Below are positions 11,901-20,954 of a stretch of DNA of 64,000 nucleotides, piece after piece. The translations under genes were made by a program, and so were the position numbers. Each line of letters begins with the position of its first letter. Position 1 is the stretch's first letter. The stretch comes from a virus (lineage: Duplodnaviria; Caudoviricetes): positions 1 through 64,000 of the IMG/VR virus record IMGVR_UViG_3300017912_001009; one strand, written 5' to 3'. The notes under the pieces were generated by a model, which searched no databases, was not told where the DNA came from, and worked only from the letters and a program-made list of their open reading frames with translations.

Positions 11901-12876
11901 GTGACATTCCCTCGCATAACTTGTCAGTGTCACCTGAACTGTTTGTTGTGAATTTTACAGTGCTGCTACCCTCTGAGTATAGTGCTATCTCTGTGTTGGA
12001 TGTCATTGTCACAGTGTCAGAGTAATCATACCATCTAAGCCTAGTCAGAGTGTATTTTTCCATGTAGTCTAATTGGTCATCCTGCTCTAACCTGTCATTG
12101 TAGAAGTAGAACGTAGGTGTGGCAACTAGATTCAGGACATCGTAGTTGTCTGTTGATGCTTGGTTATCACCACGAAGACCATAACTAACCGCCATGACAT
12201 CAGTTGCTGTTTTTGCTGGCCCTTTGAATACCTCAAAGTTAGTTCCCTTGGGTATTGGTGTAGGATACTTGGGGCTAAACTCTAGACCATCTCCAAAGTC
12301 AGCAAACGTGACAATTGATGTTATCTTAGCAAAGTGTGGTCTTGCTGTGTCTGATTGTGTAGTAGAGTCGTATATCTCAGGGTTGAGTAGAATAAAGTAG
12401 TCATAGTTCTCTATATCTAGAGCAAGGGTATCAGTGGCAGGTGCAGATGAACTGTTAGTTACTGTTGAGTATACGAATTTTCTATTTGTCTCTCCTTCGC
12501 TTGCGTTTTCATCGAATACCTTGACTTTGTATGGTGGAGTTATCTCCTTGTTTGTCGCATATGATGTGAGGGTCTTGTTATGTGGAAGTATCCTATTTCC
12601 TATCATATCTGCTCTATCATTAGATATCGAAGTTCCACATGGCCCTTTTCTAATCTCAGTGAAGATAGCAGATGCAACGACATCAGATGTAGCACTACCA
12701 GTTCCGTTCTGCTCTGCCTCTACGAATGTCGCTTTCAACTTTGGATTCACAGATACATCCTTGAATGCCTTTCCAGTGGAAAACTCAGTAGTCATACTGG
12801 CATAGGCTTCATTGGCATCATCTTCGTTAACCTCTATTGACAGAGGATAAACCATAGTACCGTTTGCCTTTGCCAT
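5947..12876 (-). CDS. Very large tail tip/hub-type structural protein (~2310 aa)
   Basis: ATG at 12876 follows GGTGATTAAG; S/T-rich, beta-rich composition; lies in the distal tail block; the C-terminal region resembles phage tail hub proteins. Confidence 0.6.
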   Translation of the reverse strand: MAKANGTMVYPLSIEVNEDDANEAYASMTTEFSTGKAFKDVSVNPKLKATFVEAEQNGTGSATSDVVASAIFTEIRKGPCGTSISNDRADMIGNRILPHNKTLTSYATNKEITPPYKVKVFDENASEGETNRKFVYSTVTNSSSAPATDTLALDIENYDYFILLNPEIYDSTTQSDTARPHFAKITSIVTFADFGDGLEFSPKYPTPIPKGTNFEVFKGPAKTATDVMAVSYGLRGDNQASTDNYDVLNLVATPTFYFYNDRLEQDDQLDYMEKYTLTRLRWYDYSDTVTMTSNTEIALYSEGSSTVKFTTNSSGDTDKLCEGMSLFDSGTDEWYGNIKEITGNDIHLEVAYKAKSATTSNFTVKIGKGIQNIVFRTHAKLKGTIESISRTRLDATLVDHLRTTDDADGSFDPMFWHKAFPNMKRHESDSTSATASTLDGNRNGPSRYITSDPRPRRNDIVPLVTDVIVNSPQNKMSKMCKFKAMNNSGILPEKYKEGQTLKVMKNLFSDNMSFKTLPFKASRASSTTIQFADMDDSHDYKLSEKLPTNSIILVDDYYYVVNTVNTKSGTTQSLTVKANKTLHANTFTVSTSVHEFSNATVQIAPWTEVLNTEDFDSDTQVHYADANRLTVSGTTINKEDSKLYNTKIVFPRVSTHQNTVDYVDKDMEYVKFQDGDRKFYQNTSNSRFYYYEGTYSLQEEAFDGTVELSETETENGLTLLTLEGRDNSSSLLNTQVNQNLLFTEDMIHSTLNPVMPLSNTETLTSVSVSGKVITHASGDGFTPTAKMLLFTRNTGVFIGEVASATATEITLTHKPLAHMSTTTNIWYYNPFTEVTFLSGTKALGSNPAITSTTDFRGVSDKGVILQDSFSFDVSLNKTKLEGTSNSGSFLENRTLGYDIQKPISIDILDSGVSTEDSVFAFQLSNELGTSTTDVSMMTFASERFNVLDIIEKDDGGARMRIAPTCPVVMGRVENNTSDTRTGFSFYLVNNGINDGGFLHRFDTGHTTSTNLDLIASDDIYTPRETFRYWDLQKFSSGTIKKTSGGIYNRSSKQQNIRGYAVAYPILGTGDAPSSTTLTESSRPIFGSNMVNSNFTHVNTAGSIFDATTGVSTLVPPTRIPTSKTSLTKFEPLIDWENLDGKAQAYELFATGDLYPYSKLRYNNIGSQTLNYDDLACLLESEGGISATETTHSEYDGKSKSMDKTDNNFERASIKAANKTTNQIKRFGIARLVEATFDWHFNPVDADSLENTSAYKENYGAYALLRSREASKDNLKFSVASNNVSLSWTNGGTLTIPAYSTIFNATNGALIATTGGSSQTVSSTGTVTATMHDTTDATDVEAYLIPEYGNSKTTPSFTVDGFDTLKTTNSSDTMDMSRVLLMRPGYKSNDASFPFRYARLTNGDGSPDVYNPPGVLLPFIFNAEYNSADTASELLNARKSPYHDSQQWSNSLFSNPPYLHLSRVLAGLMQNFKGSTTLTTTSKMGYADNVHPYENCIAVFRDIKKISSVGPDVPEDMFQTSCFLGTRQFVDAFDDYQGGTFTTPNDFDQHTPNTMVYESISASYKAVTGTHTLETKSSMGDALGANANAVTEGSPTYFMDKKKGDTVSTSRVQNHVDLASNDGGGVYSARMLIKPLINTADGNVVLSNGNRTLTIDLDDTDSAHSWLEFAPNLTGYYLVGNRGIESSNETSLGSNDVTGSNKDTLGISSNDTLNIAYMGKIVSHTHTTSTVSDTSRVHTIILDEPISSSELPFFRLMRLAETTFRDTPNEIVLNQLFSTGLDYTETSSGYRTGTLGNPNYLGFGENHQHTNEGVFSAYVLLNLDSAPSPTVIEGGHACQSAFSRSFRESVEMLPYNDGDTFEVMVSDGETKDVKTMTVDLTLNSTTGGIRRNKFRLTYDGVLNGKGVVSFGEIINIELRRKPSLQNITTCHIGTSMIIGEEIETHMDKIIRDAGMTSDLIQTQSDFTGNIVQSVNNNVITCKATVENLEAGDVIYTHEGYPIGVVGSVSGSDITVTDVHTDGDVDLWFIPVLNDEIIKRNKKTFIATNNFSNKPAYETLNEMAGKKGLDFKVRNKKVVFRDLKSKALTRKQTISYGTHRIFSVKKNSSLFAKANKVTVVGDKISTTVERNVKGKGTHITFVDPTLRNISDVKIKANELLELYNQDSRKITLSLEKKGLETLEAGDIVYLNMTQHGIPAGDYMIFEIENVLSSQLSMTVGTFDKTIAERLAELGSQQRSSSSTLFSRNAESVSTGLSLTDSISLKTTLVQYTITGSGESSNMGFDDLVGFTEEVGFENTGSQVIGYYTSED

Positions 12877-12877
12877 C

Positions 12878-15379
12878 TTAATCACCAAACGTATAGTACA
12901 ACAGTGTATCACTGAAGTTAGGAGTTAGAGTCGTGATAGATGCACAGGGATTAGCAGATTTGTGAAACGCTATTTCATACAACTCTCCCATGAATTGAGT
13001 GGCCTTTCGATTTGCTGCGTTAAGACTGCCATCTTGACCGATATAACAATCACTAGTTCCTAGTCTGAACTTGCCTATGTTCACCTTCACCCTTTTCACA
13101 GGTTGATTGTTTAGATAGAAGGTAAGGGTGTTCTTATTGAAAGAGATACCCACCTTCGCTATCTGCTCAAGATACAATGCCTCTCTCTGCTGGTCTCTGT
13201 ATATGGTGGATGTGACTGTTGCAGCAGGGTCTGCTGCAAGAGTTATAGAATTACCACTGACACTAGAAACAGTTCCTATCAATGTACCAGCGTTATCGTA
13301 TATGCTATTACCAGCACCAATGCCATCTGCTTCTCCTGAACCAACAGTTATCGTTCTGATATTCGTGCTGAATGCCCCTAACGTTAGTCCTGAACTTATT
13401 CCTGTACTGCTGATTGCTTGGTCTCCTGCTGACGCTGCTACAATAGTAACGGTGCTTCCAACTCTAGATACTGTGAGAGTGCCGTTATGACCTGAAGAAC
13501 CTGCGATAACTGCTCTTAGATTATCAGCAGTAGTTGCAGTATCACCTACGACATTCGTGAAGAAAACAACATCGTTACTTCCCTCTGTTGCAGTAGAGCC
13601 ATTGCTCTCACTGTTAGCACCCTTCGTTGGTTTGTATTTCTTGATTGTGCCACTACTGTCTTCCAATGTAATGAATGCAGTGGGGGTAACTGCGGGTGTT
13701 GATGCTACGAAGTTATCAAACGGATTAGAGCCAATCGTCACGATGCTATCACTGGTATACTCTGTTGTCCTAGCAAAGACCTGATTGTTTTGATTCGTAG
13801 TCACAGCGTTTGGTGATGTGAGTGTTATGACATTACTATTGTGTGTTGCATTCGTATCTGAAAAGCCTGTCAGATTACCAAAACCGTTGGCATGTCTTAT
13901 TGCAAGTTTCAAAGCATTGGCACAGCCAGCAAGAGTGGATGCTTTATGCACTCTTACAACGCTTGTACCATCCTGTGTTGTTCCTACGCTGTTAGCAGTA
14001 GCATTGGCACTTGGTACAAATTTGAATCTCTTCGTTGTTAGAGTTCCTGACTGATTAGCCAATGTGATTGTGAGATACTCATTTATGTTGCTACCAGTAA
14101 CTGCCGCAGCACCACCTGAGAAGGTACTGATGGACATTTTGTTACCTGAGTCAAGTGAACCTCCTTCAAATGGCCCTACTCCACTACTAGTGCCATTATG
14201 GTTTCCAGCAGTTCCAGCAGTATCCTTTGTTAAAGTGATAGAGGTTGCAGGACTTCCTGCATATACAGCAGTACAGTTCATACCTGCATTTGTGGAATTT
14301 ATTGCTGCTGCCAACTCACTAAGAAAGGCCGTGTTCGCTGTTTCTGATGTTGCAACGGCAATGTCATCATTGTTATACCCATAGTCATTCCCAACAGTTT
14401 GACCACCACCCTCTGCTTGAAAGCCACTAGTTGACCTTATTCTATCACCAGTGCTGACACCGGGAAAGTCAGAGGTATCCATGAAGAAGAATCTTTTCTT
14501 ATCCCCGGTTCCTCCACCATTGCTATTGCGAATCGTTACTGCAATAGCGTCTGTTGCAGATGTGGTATTAGTTACCAAGAAAGGAGAAAAACCACTACTA
14601 ATGGTGATTGTCGAAGTAGCCTGAACAGCAGCAGTAGTAGTTGTATCCAAAGCACCATTGCTAGTAGTGGGTAGAGTAGCAACGGTTATTGTAGCAGTAC
14701 CCAATGTTGCTGGAACAGCAGCAGTATTAGTGAAACTATCCAAGTTACCCGTTATTTCTGCTGTTGCGGTTGGTAGAGAGCCTGTTGCACTTGATGCTAT
14801 CTTAGTCTTATCTGTGGTGATACCATTGTAGAAACCATCAGCATCATAGTATCCAGTTAGAGATTTCTTAGAGGTAAAAACAGCAGCATCTGTATCAATT
14901 GTGTGTGTTATCGGTGTTCCAACAGAATCTGTTATCTCCACTACCATCTTGTACTCTGCGGGTTGATTGAAGTTAGAAGATGTGGTATTCTGCAAGTAGA
15001 ACTTTAGATACGAGTTAGAGAAAAGCATCATCTTGTGTGTGCTTCTACCTGCTCCGAAATAACTGACACTCTCATAGTTGGATGTCGTATCTTCTTGGTC
15101 GTCTAGTGATAGGTTCGGACTAGGGGGAGTCTTGGTGCTATCGAGCCTTCCTTGTCCTGATGTTCTATGACCAATCCCATTCACATCATAAGGGGTGATT
15201 ATGGCTTCAATGCTGAATGGGCCTCCATAGTCCCAAAGAGGATGCTTTGACGTATCTATCGTATTACTACCAACCAAGTCATTACTGTTGTAGTCATCAT
15301 ACTCTATCTTTAGATGCCCATCGCATAATACAGGAAATACCAATGCCCTTGTATCTCCTACATGTGTGCTTGTTGCCAT
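12878..15379 (-). CDS. Tail protein with an interrupted LamG/concanavalin-like domain (833 aa)
   Basis: N-terminal FSIEAIITP and C-terminal LTFYLNN..YIGQ..FMGELYEIAF match the LamG pattern; a ~550-aa T/A/G/S-rich insert separates them. Confidence 0.55.
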   Translation of the reverse strand: MATSTHVGDTRALVFPVLCDGHLKIEYDDYNSNDLVGSNTIDTSKHPLWDYGGPFSIEAIITPYDVNGIGHRTSGQGRLDSTKTPPSPNLSLDDQEDTTSNYESVSYFGAGRSTHKMMLFSNSYLKFYLQNTTSSNFNQPAEYKMVVEITDSVGTPITHTIDTDAAVFTSKKSLTGYYDADGFYNGITTDKTKIASSATGSLPTATAEITGNLDSFTNTAAVPATLGTATITVATLPTTSNGALDTTTTAAVQATSTITISSGFSPFLVTNTTSATDAIAVTIRNSNGGGTGDKKRFFFMDTSDFPGVSTGDRIRSTSGFQAEGGGQTVGNDYGYNNDDIAVATSETANTAFLSELAAAINSTNAGMNCTAVYAGSPATSITLTKDTAGTAGNHNGTSSGVGPFEGGSLDSGNKMSISTFSGGAAAVTGSNINEYLTITLANQSGTLTTKRFKFVPSANATANSVGTTQDGTSVVRVHKASTLAGCANALKLAIRHANGFGNLTGFSDTNATHNSNVITLTSPNAVTTNQNNQVFARTTEYTSDSIVTIGSNPFDNFVASTPAVTPTAFITLEDSSGTIKKYKPTKGANSESNGSTATEGSNDVVFFTNVVGDTATTADNLRAVIAGSSGHNGTLTVSRVGSTVTIVAASAGDQAISSTGISSGLTLGAFSTNIRTITVGSGEADGIGAGNSIYDNAGTLIGTVSSVSGNSITLAADPAATVTSTIYRDQQREALYLEQIAKVGISFNKNTLTFYLNNQPVKRVKVNIGKFRLGTSDCYIGQDGSLNAANRKATQFMGELYEIAFHKSANPCASITTLTPNFSDTLLYYTFGD

Positions 15380-15387
15380 TCTTTCAC

Positions 15388-16173
15388 CTACAAGTTGTTG
15401 ATTGGATTCTCTGCGAGAACCTTAGCAACTTCAAACTCTAAGGTGAATTGTACGCTGTTAGGCTGCTCTCCTGAAAAAGTAGTATTGAAAGAACGAATGA
15501 ATCCGAACATTCCCGGTAATTCATCTGCCTCTGATATATCTGTAAAGGAACTGGCTGATACTTCATCAATCAAATCTGAGATACCAGTATTCGACTCTAT
15601 GAAATCATTAGTGGCTCTCTTGAATCTCTCATCGTATCTCCTGTTGTCAAACGTGAATGGTATCAACGGCAGTTCATCCATGTCCAGTGTTTCAGAGCCT
15701 TCAGGTGCGCTAGGATTACCGGGATTATGACTCGTATGATACTCAAAGTTAGTATCAATTCTACTAGGAATCAATATGATTATCTTATTCATAGACTGGT
15801 CATCTTGTGCGGCACTGCTATCTACATAGGAGTGTATCAATTGTGCCATCTCAAATGGTGTGAGTATCCTGTCCTTTGCTGAATTACTATTTTCCCCTGT
15901 GTCTTTGGAAACTCTCTGATTTAGTAGTATACCATTCAGAGATACGTTCTTGCTCGCTATACCCATATCGAAGGCTAGTGTCTCAGACTTTCCTGTTGCT
16001 ATTGAACCGAATGGAATAGGAAGTGTGGGAACAGTCTTCTGAGTTCCAATCGATATCTCATTGACGAATAGGGGTATTCTATTCATTGCCCTATCGCCAC
16101 CAATCTCTTGCCTTCTTTGTAGTTCCAACCAAACCCGAAAGTTAGTCGCTGTGTATGCTTCGCTCGTTGCCAT
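15388..16173 (-). CDS. Putative distal tail protein (261 aa)
   Basis: Immediately downstream of the tape measure gene; ends with VQFTLEFEV. Confidence 0.45.
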   Translation of the reverse strand: MATSEAYTATNFRVWLELQRRQEIGGDRAMNRIPLFVNEISIGTQKTVPTLPIPFGSIATGKSETLAFDMGIASKNVSLNGILLNQRVSKDTGENSNSAKDRILTPFEMAQLIHSYVDSSAAQDDQSMNKIIILIPSRIDTNFEYHTSHNPGNPSAPEGSETLDMDELPLIPFTFDNRRYDERFKRATNDFIESNTGISDLIDEVSASSFTDISEADELPGMFGFIRSFNTTFSGEQPNSVQFTLEFEVAKVLAENPINNL

Positions 16174-18173
16174 TAGAATTTCACCACCGATGTTGATGTC
16201 CTATTCATTCTTGAGTTTATTTCTCTCGCTACCTTGTTTGCGATGTCTCGTATCTCAGTATCAGAAGCACCGACTCTTCCTGTTACTTGCACTGTTATGT
16301 GGTTAGTGACCGAAGAGGCCATTGCCTTTGATGCTGAGTTAGAATGTACTTGCGCTCCTCTTGGTAGTTGCACTAGTTCAGGCCCACGCTCACCAACAAC
16401 AGCAAGACCGCTTTGACTTATCCTTCCGCCTTCTGCTAACCCAATGAAGTTCCTAGCACTACTTACCGCTCCTCCGACTTTATCCTTGACCTTGCCGCCA
16501 ACATCAGTTACTTCCTTTAACTTATCACCGATACCATCAACGATACCAGTAATTAGGTCGGATACGAAAGTGCTGACTGAATTCCAAATGTCCGAGAGGA
16601 AGTTCTTCACATCACTTAGGAAACCAGTTATCTTATCTGCGTGTGGAGCAATCCTCTCTGCTAGTTTGCCAAGCAGGAATATTCCGAATGCGATTAATGC
16701 TAGAGCAAAACCACCACTAAAGAAGGCAACAAGGAACAATATTCCGGCAAGCAACTTGAAAATAACACCAGTGACTCTCAACGATGCTGCTAATACTGCT
16801 GCTTTGACATTACCAGCGAACTCGTCAAGAGCCTCTGTCTTCAATCTTGTATAGAGTTCTGAGAGGTATGTTCCTATGCCAGCAAGCACCGCACCTAATG
16901 TGGCGACTAGTAAACCACCTAGTATCTTGAGACCTGCAAGCAATAAATTACCCACACCCGTAAATATTCCCATTACATCAGTGTTTTGAAAGGCAGTAAA
17001 TATCTCTTGAAGAGCCGCTTTAGCCTCTCCTACGCCTTCTGATACAATCGCCATACCTATTGAGAAGACCTCTTTTATTTTTGCAAACCCTGCTGCTAGT
17101 TCCTCCTTTGTCTCTTCAAATACACCCCTCAAGATAGTCAAACCCAACATCAGGATTAACAGATATCCTGCTGCCATTGCCATGAATCTGACAATCTTGA
17201 GTATCCCTCCTCCTAATCTAACCATCTGCTTTGCTATATTGGTGAGTGGCGTAGCAGCGAACTTGAAGAAGCCAGCAGTTTTTCGTAGCAGTTTCTTTCT
17301 CGTTCTTCTGCTTTCCTCTGCCAACATTACCAGTTCGTTGAACTCCTTTATCTGCTCTTCACTAGCAAACTTGTTTCCTATCTTTCCGGGTGTCTTCCCC
17401 TCTTTGTGTCGCACGTTATCTTTGTCACTCTCACTGCGACCCATTGCCTCAAATCTCGCAGCAATCTCCTCTTCGCTGAGTCCAAAGAATCCCTCCTTAG
17501 CCTCAGTAGCAGCCTCTGCGATATTGCTTAGTTTAGTGTTGGCGATTCCCTTTGTGCTACCAAAGACACTCTTCATCTTTTTCTCTAATCCAGTAATAAT
17601 CTTAAATGTCAATGAATTAGTAATCAATCCTTCTTTTCTTCTTCTTGCTGTTTTCGTAGCAATCTTTTCCAGTTTCTCCATGTCCTTAGTTTGTCTATTC
17701 ATCAACTGGCCCATTTCCTTGAGGGCTTTGTTGGAGTCCTGATATTGAAACAGAAGTCCACCGAATATCTGAGATTGGCCTTTCAAAGCCTCAATTGCGT
17801 CTTCTCTTGCTTTACCAGTGCTTTTCTCTGCTTTCTCTATGTTTGCTTGTATCGCTTGTATCTCTTCGGACTGCTCTGCAATCTCTGCATAGACCTTTAG
17901 TTGCTTTACTTCCTCTAGTCTTCTTCTCTCTGTCGAACTAGCCATCTCGTTGAGTAGTATGACAGTAGCCTTGATTCTGTTCTGTACTCTCCAAAGACCT
18001 GTTCCTGAAATAAATCGGGAGAATACCTCCCAATTCTTTGAACCCATTATTGCATTTGTTTTGCTTAGTGTTGCTTGGAGACTTCGCATGTTCTTTGCGC
18101 CATCGATAATGGCTCGGTCAATACCCTGAAACTCCTCACGGATATTCTGAATATCATCCTCTATTCCAGCCAT
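16173..18173 (-). CDS. Tail tape measure protein (~666 aa)
   Basis: Long helical Ala/Gly-rich protein with the C-terminal GLAEGGRI...VVGERGPELV motif typical of TMPs; follows the tail chaperone. Confidence 0.85.
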   Translation of the reverse strand: MAGIEDDIQNIREEFQGIDRAIIDGAKNMRSLQATLSKTNAIMGSKNWEVFSRFISGTGLWRVQNRIKATVILLNEMASSTERRRLEEVKQLKVYAEIAEQSEEIQAIQANIEKAEKSTGKAREDAIEALKGQSQIFGGLLFQYQDSNKALKEMGQLMNRQTKDMEKLEKIATKTARRRKEGLITNSLTFKIITGLEKKMKSVFGSTKGIANTKLSNIAEAATEAKEGFFGLSEEEIAARFEAMGRSESDKDNVRHKEGKTPGKIGNKFASEEQIKEFNELVMLAEESRRTRKKLLRKTAGFFKFAATPLTNIAKQMVRLGGGILKIVRFMAMAAGYLLILMLGLTILRGVFEETKEELAAGFAKIKEVFSIGMAIVSEGVGEAKAALQEIFTAFQNTDVMGIFTGVGNLLLAGLKILGGLLVATLGAVLAGIGTYLSELYTRLKTEALDEFAGNVKAAVLAASLRVTGVIFKLLAGILFLVAFFSGGFALALIAFGIFLLGKLAERIAPHADKITGFLSDVKNFLSDIWNSVSTFVSDLITGIVDGIGDKLKEVTDVGGKVKDKVGGAVSSARNFIGLAEGGRISQSGLAVVGERGPELVQLPRGAQVHSNSASKAMASSVTNHITVQVTGRVGASDTEIRDIANKVAREINSRMNRTSTSVVKF

Positions 18174-18179
18174 CACCAA

Positions 18180-18395
18180 TCACTTCTTTGTACCTTTTTC
18201 CATTGCCTCCGATTCCAGTCTCTTTATCTCTCCATGTATCTCCAACATTTCCTTAATTACCGTCACTGGTGTATCATAAGCCTCCAAAGGGTTGATTGAG
18301 AAAGCAGTGCAGTAAGTGTATAGCATAATCTTCATTGCCACCTCACTGCTTACGCTTCCACCTTTCAGACCTCTTCGGATTAGTTTTCGTTTCCC
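18180..18395 (-). CDS. -1 frame extension of the tail assembly chaperone (gpT-like, ~70 aa)
   Basis: The -1 frame is open from the slippery site: GKRKLIRRGLKGG...AMEKGTKK*, ending in TGA at 18180-18182 just before the TMP start. Confidence 0.75.
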   Translation of the reverse strand, partial: GKRKLIRRGLKGGSVSSEVAMKIMLYTYCTAFSINPLEAYDTPVTVIKEMLEIHGEIKRLESEAMEKGTKK

Positions 18396-18760
18396 GTATC
18401 ATCCCCCATAACATCCGTAAACGGATTTGGGAGAATGTCTTTTAGTTGTGAACCAATATAGGGATTGAGTCTAATTAAGTCAGTAGTAGATAGTTGAGGT
18501 TCTGTCTTCTCTACGAAGTTCTCAACCATGTATCTATACATCTTGTTCAGATTGATGCCCATTGTCTGACCTTGTGCATCCATATCCATAACAGACGACA
18601 ACGCCTGTTCTACCTGTAGCCAAGTTGGCTCTTTAATCCAAACTTGTAGGTACTCATCAGAATCAGGGGCTACCCTAATCTGATGGCATTCGGTTGCTGT
18701 TCTTGCGAACAGCCTAGTCTTATCGCTTACAATTTTTCTTTCTGTCATTTTTCTTTCCAC
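18380..18760 (-). CDS. Tail assembly chaperone (gpG-like, 126 aa)
   Basis: Lies between tail tube and TMP; ends ...ACG GGA AAC GAA AAC TAA, containing the G GGA AAC heptamer. Confidence 0.75.
   Translation of the reverse strand: MERKMTERKIVSDKTRLFARTATECHQIRVAPDSDEYLQVWIKEPTWLQVEQALSSVMDMDAQGQTMGINLNKMYRYMVENFVEKTEPQLSTTDLIRLNPYIGSQLKDILPNPFTDVMGDDTGNEN
18389..18395 (-). promoter_or_regulatory. Programmed -1 ribosomal frameshift site GGGAAAC
   Basis: X XXY YYZ heptamer in the correct phase near the end of the chaperone ORF, with an open -1 frame beyond it. Confidence 0.75.
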
Positions 18761-18799
18761 CTAACTAATATACCAACAAACAAACGTGTTGGTGGAATC

Positions 18800-18836
18800 G
18801 AAAAAAAGGATAGCGTTACCTAACTTGGTCACGCCT
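18800..18836 (-). terminator. Hairpin plus oligo-T downstream of the tail tube gene
   Basis: Minus strand reads GCGTGACC-AAGTTA-GGTAACGC followed by ATCCTTTTTTT. Confidence 0.5.
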
Positions 18837-18837
18837 C

Positions 18838-20412
18838 CTAATTACCTGTTGCACTACCGCCAAGAGTCATGATTGCCCACTTACCCTTGTAAGTAGCAGT
18901 CGTCAGAGTCCTTGCTGTTATAGATGCCTCTACTTCTACTGGCCCTTTGTCTTCAGGGAAAGGCACTGTAACTGAGTTGATTAGATAATCAGCGAGTTGA
19001 ATGTCTATCTCTTCACCTGAGTCTTTAGTGAACTTCAATCTCAAAGCACCAGTTGATTCGTTGTCGTTTCTCAATTCATCCCACAGTTTCGTATCTGTTA
19101 TGAGCATGGTTAGAGTCAATTCGTATGTTCTCTGTCCGGGTAGATGTGCAGATACAATCTCTCTGTTGTAGTTACCAATGAACCTCTGTGGGAGTATGTT
19201 ATTGTTGATGACAAGAGAGCCACCTTTCACCCTAGCCAATGATTGACCAAATAGTGTTATTGTTCCATCAGAGAAAAGGAATGGGTAGTTGTCTGTTAGA
19301 GTAGAACTGTAATTGACGAAGCCTCTTCCGCCATCAGTGTTGTCTAGGGCAGTTAGGGAAGCGTTACCACCGAGAGGCAAGTATCCATCAGGAGCATCAA
19401 AGGCTCTTCTTGTTACTAAGTCCATTGAACACTTGAGTTCTTGACCCTCTTCAAAATTAAGAGTAAGAGTGTTGACTTGGCAACCTGTGAATATTCTTGA
19501 GTACATATTCTCATTTGGCGTGTTGCTGTCTACGACAGTGGTAGCAGTGTGACCCGCCTTTCGATATACAACATCAAGAGCGAAGGATGGTAGAACATCA
19601 TCATCTGCTTCACTAAAGGTGTAGTTGAACATATCATTTCCTGCAAGGAAGTTGAAGTGTGTCTCTGCTAAGTCTACATTGCTGTTGTTAACTTCAGGGA
19701 AGTTGTTAGCATCGACAATCCTCACTATTCTCTCAGTGCTAACATTGAATCCAACACCATTCTGAGAACCAGTGCCAACACCGGATGAACTGCTTCCAGT
19801 CATTGCACCTAGAGCAACCTTACCTAGTGCGTAGTACAACCAAGAAGCATTGTTGAGTGAGATATCTAGAGAGCCACCTGATACGGTTTCTGCTCCCTTG
19901 TATTGGTAATCGAAGTTCCTACCACCAGCAGCAGCGAGATTCAGTTGCTTCATCTCAACCTCTACGTTTGGTGGGGTAAATGTGTTTACTAGACCTAGCC
20001 AGTTATCAGATAGAATAGTTCCAGTGGATGACTTGATTGGCCCATAGGCTGGTGCGCCAAAAGAGAGTATTGTGAACTCTATCGTTCCTGATGAAACAGC
20101 ACTTCCATTGCTATCGGTTGGAGCAGAGTCTAGAGTGAAGGCAGTTGCAGTGTTAGCAGTGACTGTCCTGTATGTGGTTGCTACGTTTGACTGAGTTGTA
20201 ATCTTAGCAGTGCAGCCAACATAGAGATTTGGAATTAGTTTGGTAACTGCTTGTTGACCACCACTTGAGATATCCCCACCAGTGTCACCACTAGATGACA
20301 TAGTGACTGTCAGACCACTGTTGCTCAATACTGCTTGGTCAAAGAAAAGGTCTAGTTCAGGGCATAAACCCACTTGTGCATTTGCTCCTACGAATACTTC
20401 ATTACTCACCAT
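18838..20412 (-). CDS. Major tail (tube) protein (524 aa)
   Basis: Position upstream of chaperone and TMP; tube-like segments (FTGCQVNTLTLNFEEG, RTYELTLTM, YLINSVTVP). Confidence 0.75.
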   Translation of the reverse strand: MVSNEVFVGANAQVGLCPELDLFFDQAVLSNSGLTVTMSSSGDTGGDISSGGQQAVTKLIPNLYVGCTAKITTQSNVATTYRTVTANTATAFTLDSAPTDSNGSAVSSGTIEFTILSFGAPAYGPIKSSTGTILSDNWLGLVNTFTPPNVEVEMKQLNLAAAGGRNFDYQYKGAETVSGGSLDISLNNASWLYYALGKVALGAMTGSSSSGVGTGSQNGVGFNVSTERIVRIVDANNFPEVNNSNVDLAETHFNFLAGNDMFNYTFSEADDDVLPSFALDVVYRKAGHTATTVVDSNTPNENMYSRIFTGCQVNTLTLNFEEGQELKCSMDLVTRRAFDAPDGYLPLGGNASLTALDNTDGGRGFVNYSSTLTDNYPFLFSDGTITLFGQSLARVKGGSLVINNNILPQRFIGNYNREIVSAHLPGQRTYELTLTMLITDTKLWDELRNDNESTGALRLKFTKDSGEEIDIQLADYLINSVTVPFPEDKGPVEVEASITARTLTTATYKGKWAIMTLGGSATGN

Positions 20413-20423
20413 TTTTCATTCCC

Positions 20424-20954
20424 TCATGTCGCTCTTGCAAACCGCTTTAGTTCTACTCCAATCTTATATCCCAATAGTCTTTTCCCTCTATCATTAGCCT
20501 CATTTCTCGATGTTAATCTTACTAAATCTGCATCTCCCAAAGCCGCCGAACTGCTATCGGCGGGTGTTGCATAGACAGTTGGCCTAAAAGCATTGTTTTC
20601 AAAGATGTATCTGACTATCTTGTAGAGAGCCTCTAATCTGTCTCTAGAAAACGTATTACTAGTCATATCTCTTCGATGCAGAACTCTTAGATGAAGAGTG
20701 AATGAGAAGTCTTCATTTCTAGCAGCATAATCTATGGTTGGATAGGATGTAGCAGAACTATCCTCAAAGACGATGATAACAGATTCTGAATCTATGTCTA
20801 CCCTTCTTCCCTCTTGAGGTTCTATCGAGCGTATGTCAATGAACTTAGGAGTGGCATTGTGACTGGCAGATATTGTACCAGCACTGACCAAAGCCGCCGC
20901 CGATGATGACCAGTTATCTTGCAGAAGCCTGATGATTAATGTTACTTCATCCAT
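20424..20954 (-). CDS. Putative tail terminator/completion protein (176 aa)
   Basis: Position between head-tail adaptor and tail tube; size and alpha/beta pattern fit. Confidence 0.5.
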   Translation of the reverse strand: MDEVTLIIRLLQDNWSSSAAALVSAGTISASHNATPKFIDIRSIEPQEGRRVDIDSESVIIVFEDSSATSYPTIDYAARNEDFSFTLHLRVLHRRDMTSNTFSRDRLEALYKIVRYIFENNAFRPTVYATPADSSSAALGDADLVRLTSRNEANDRGKRLLGYKIGVELKRFARAT

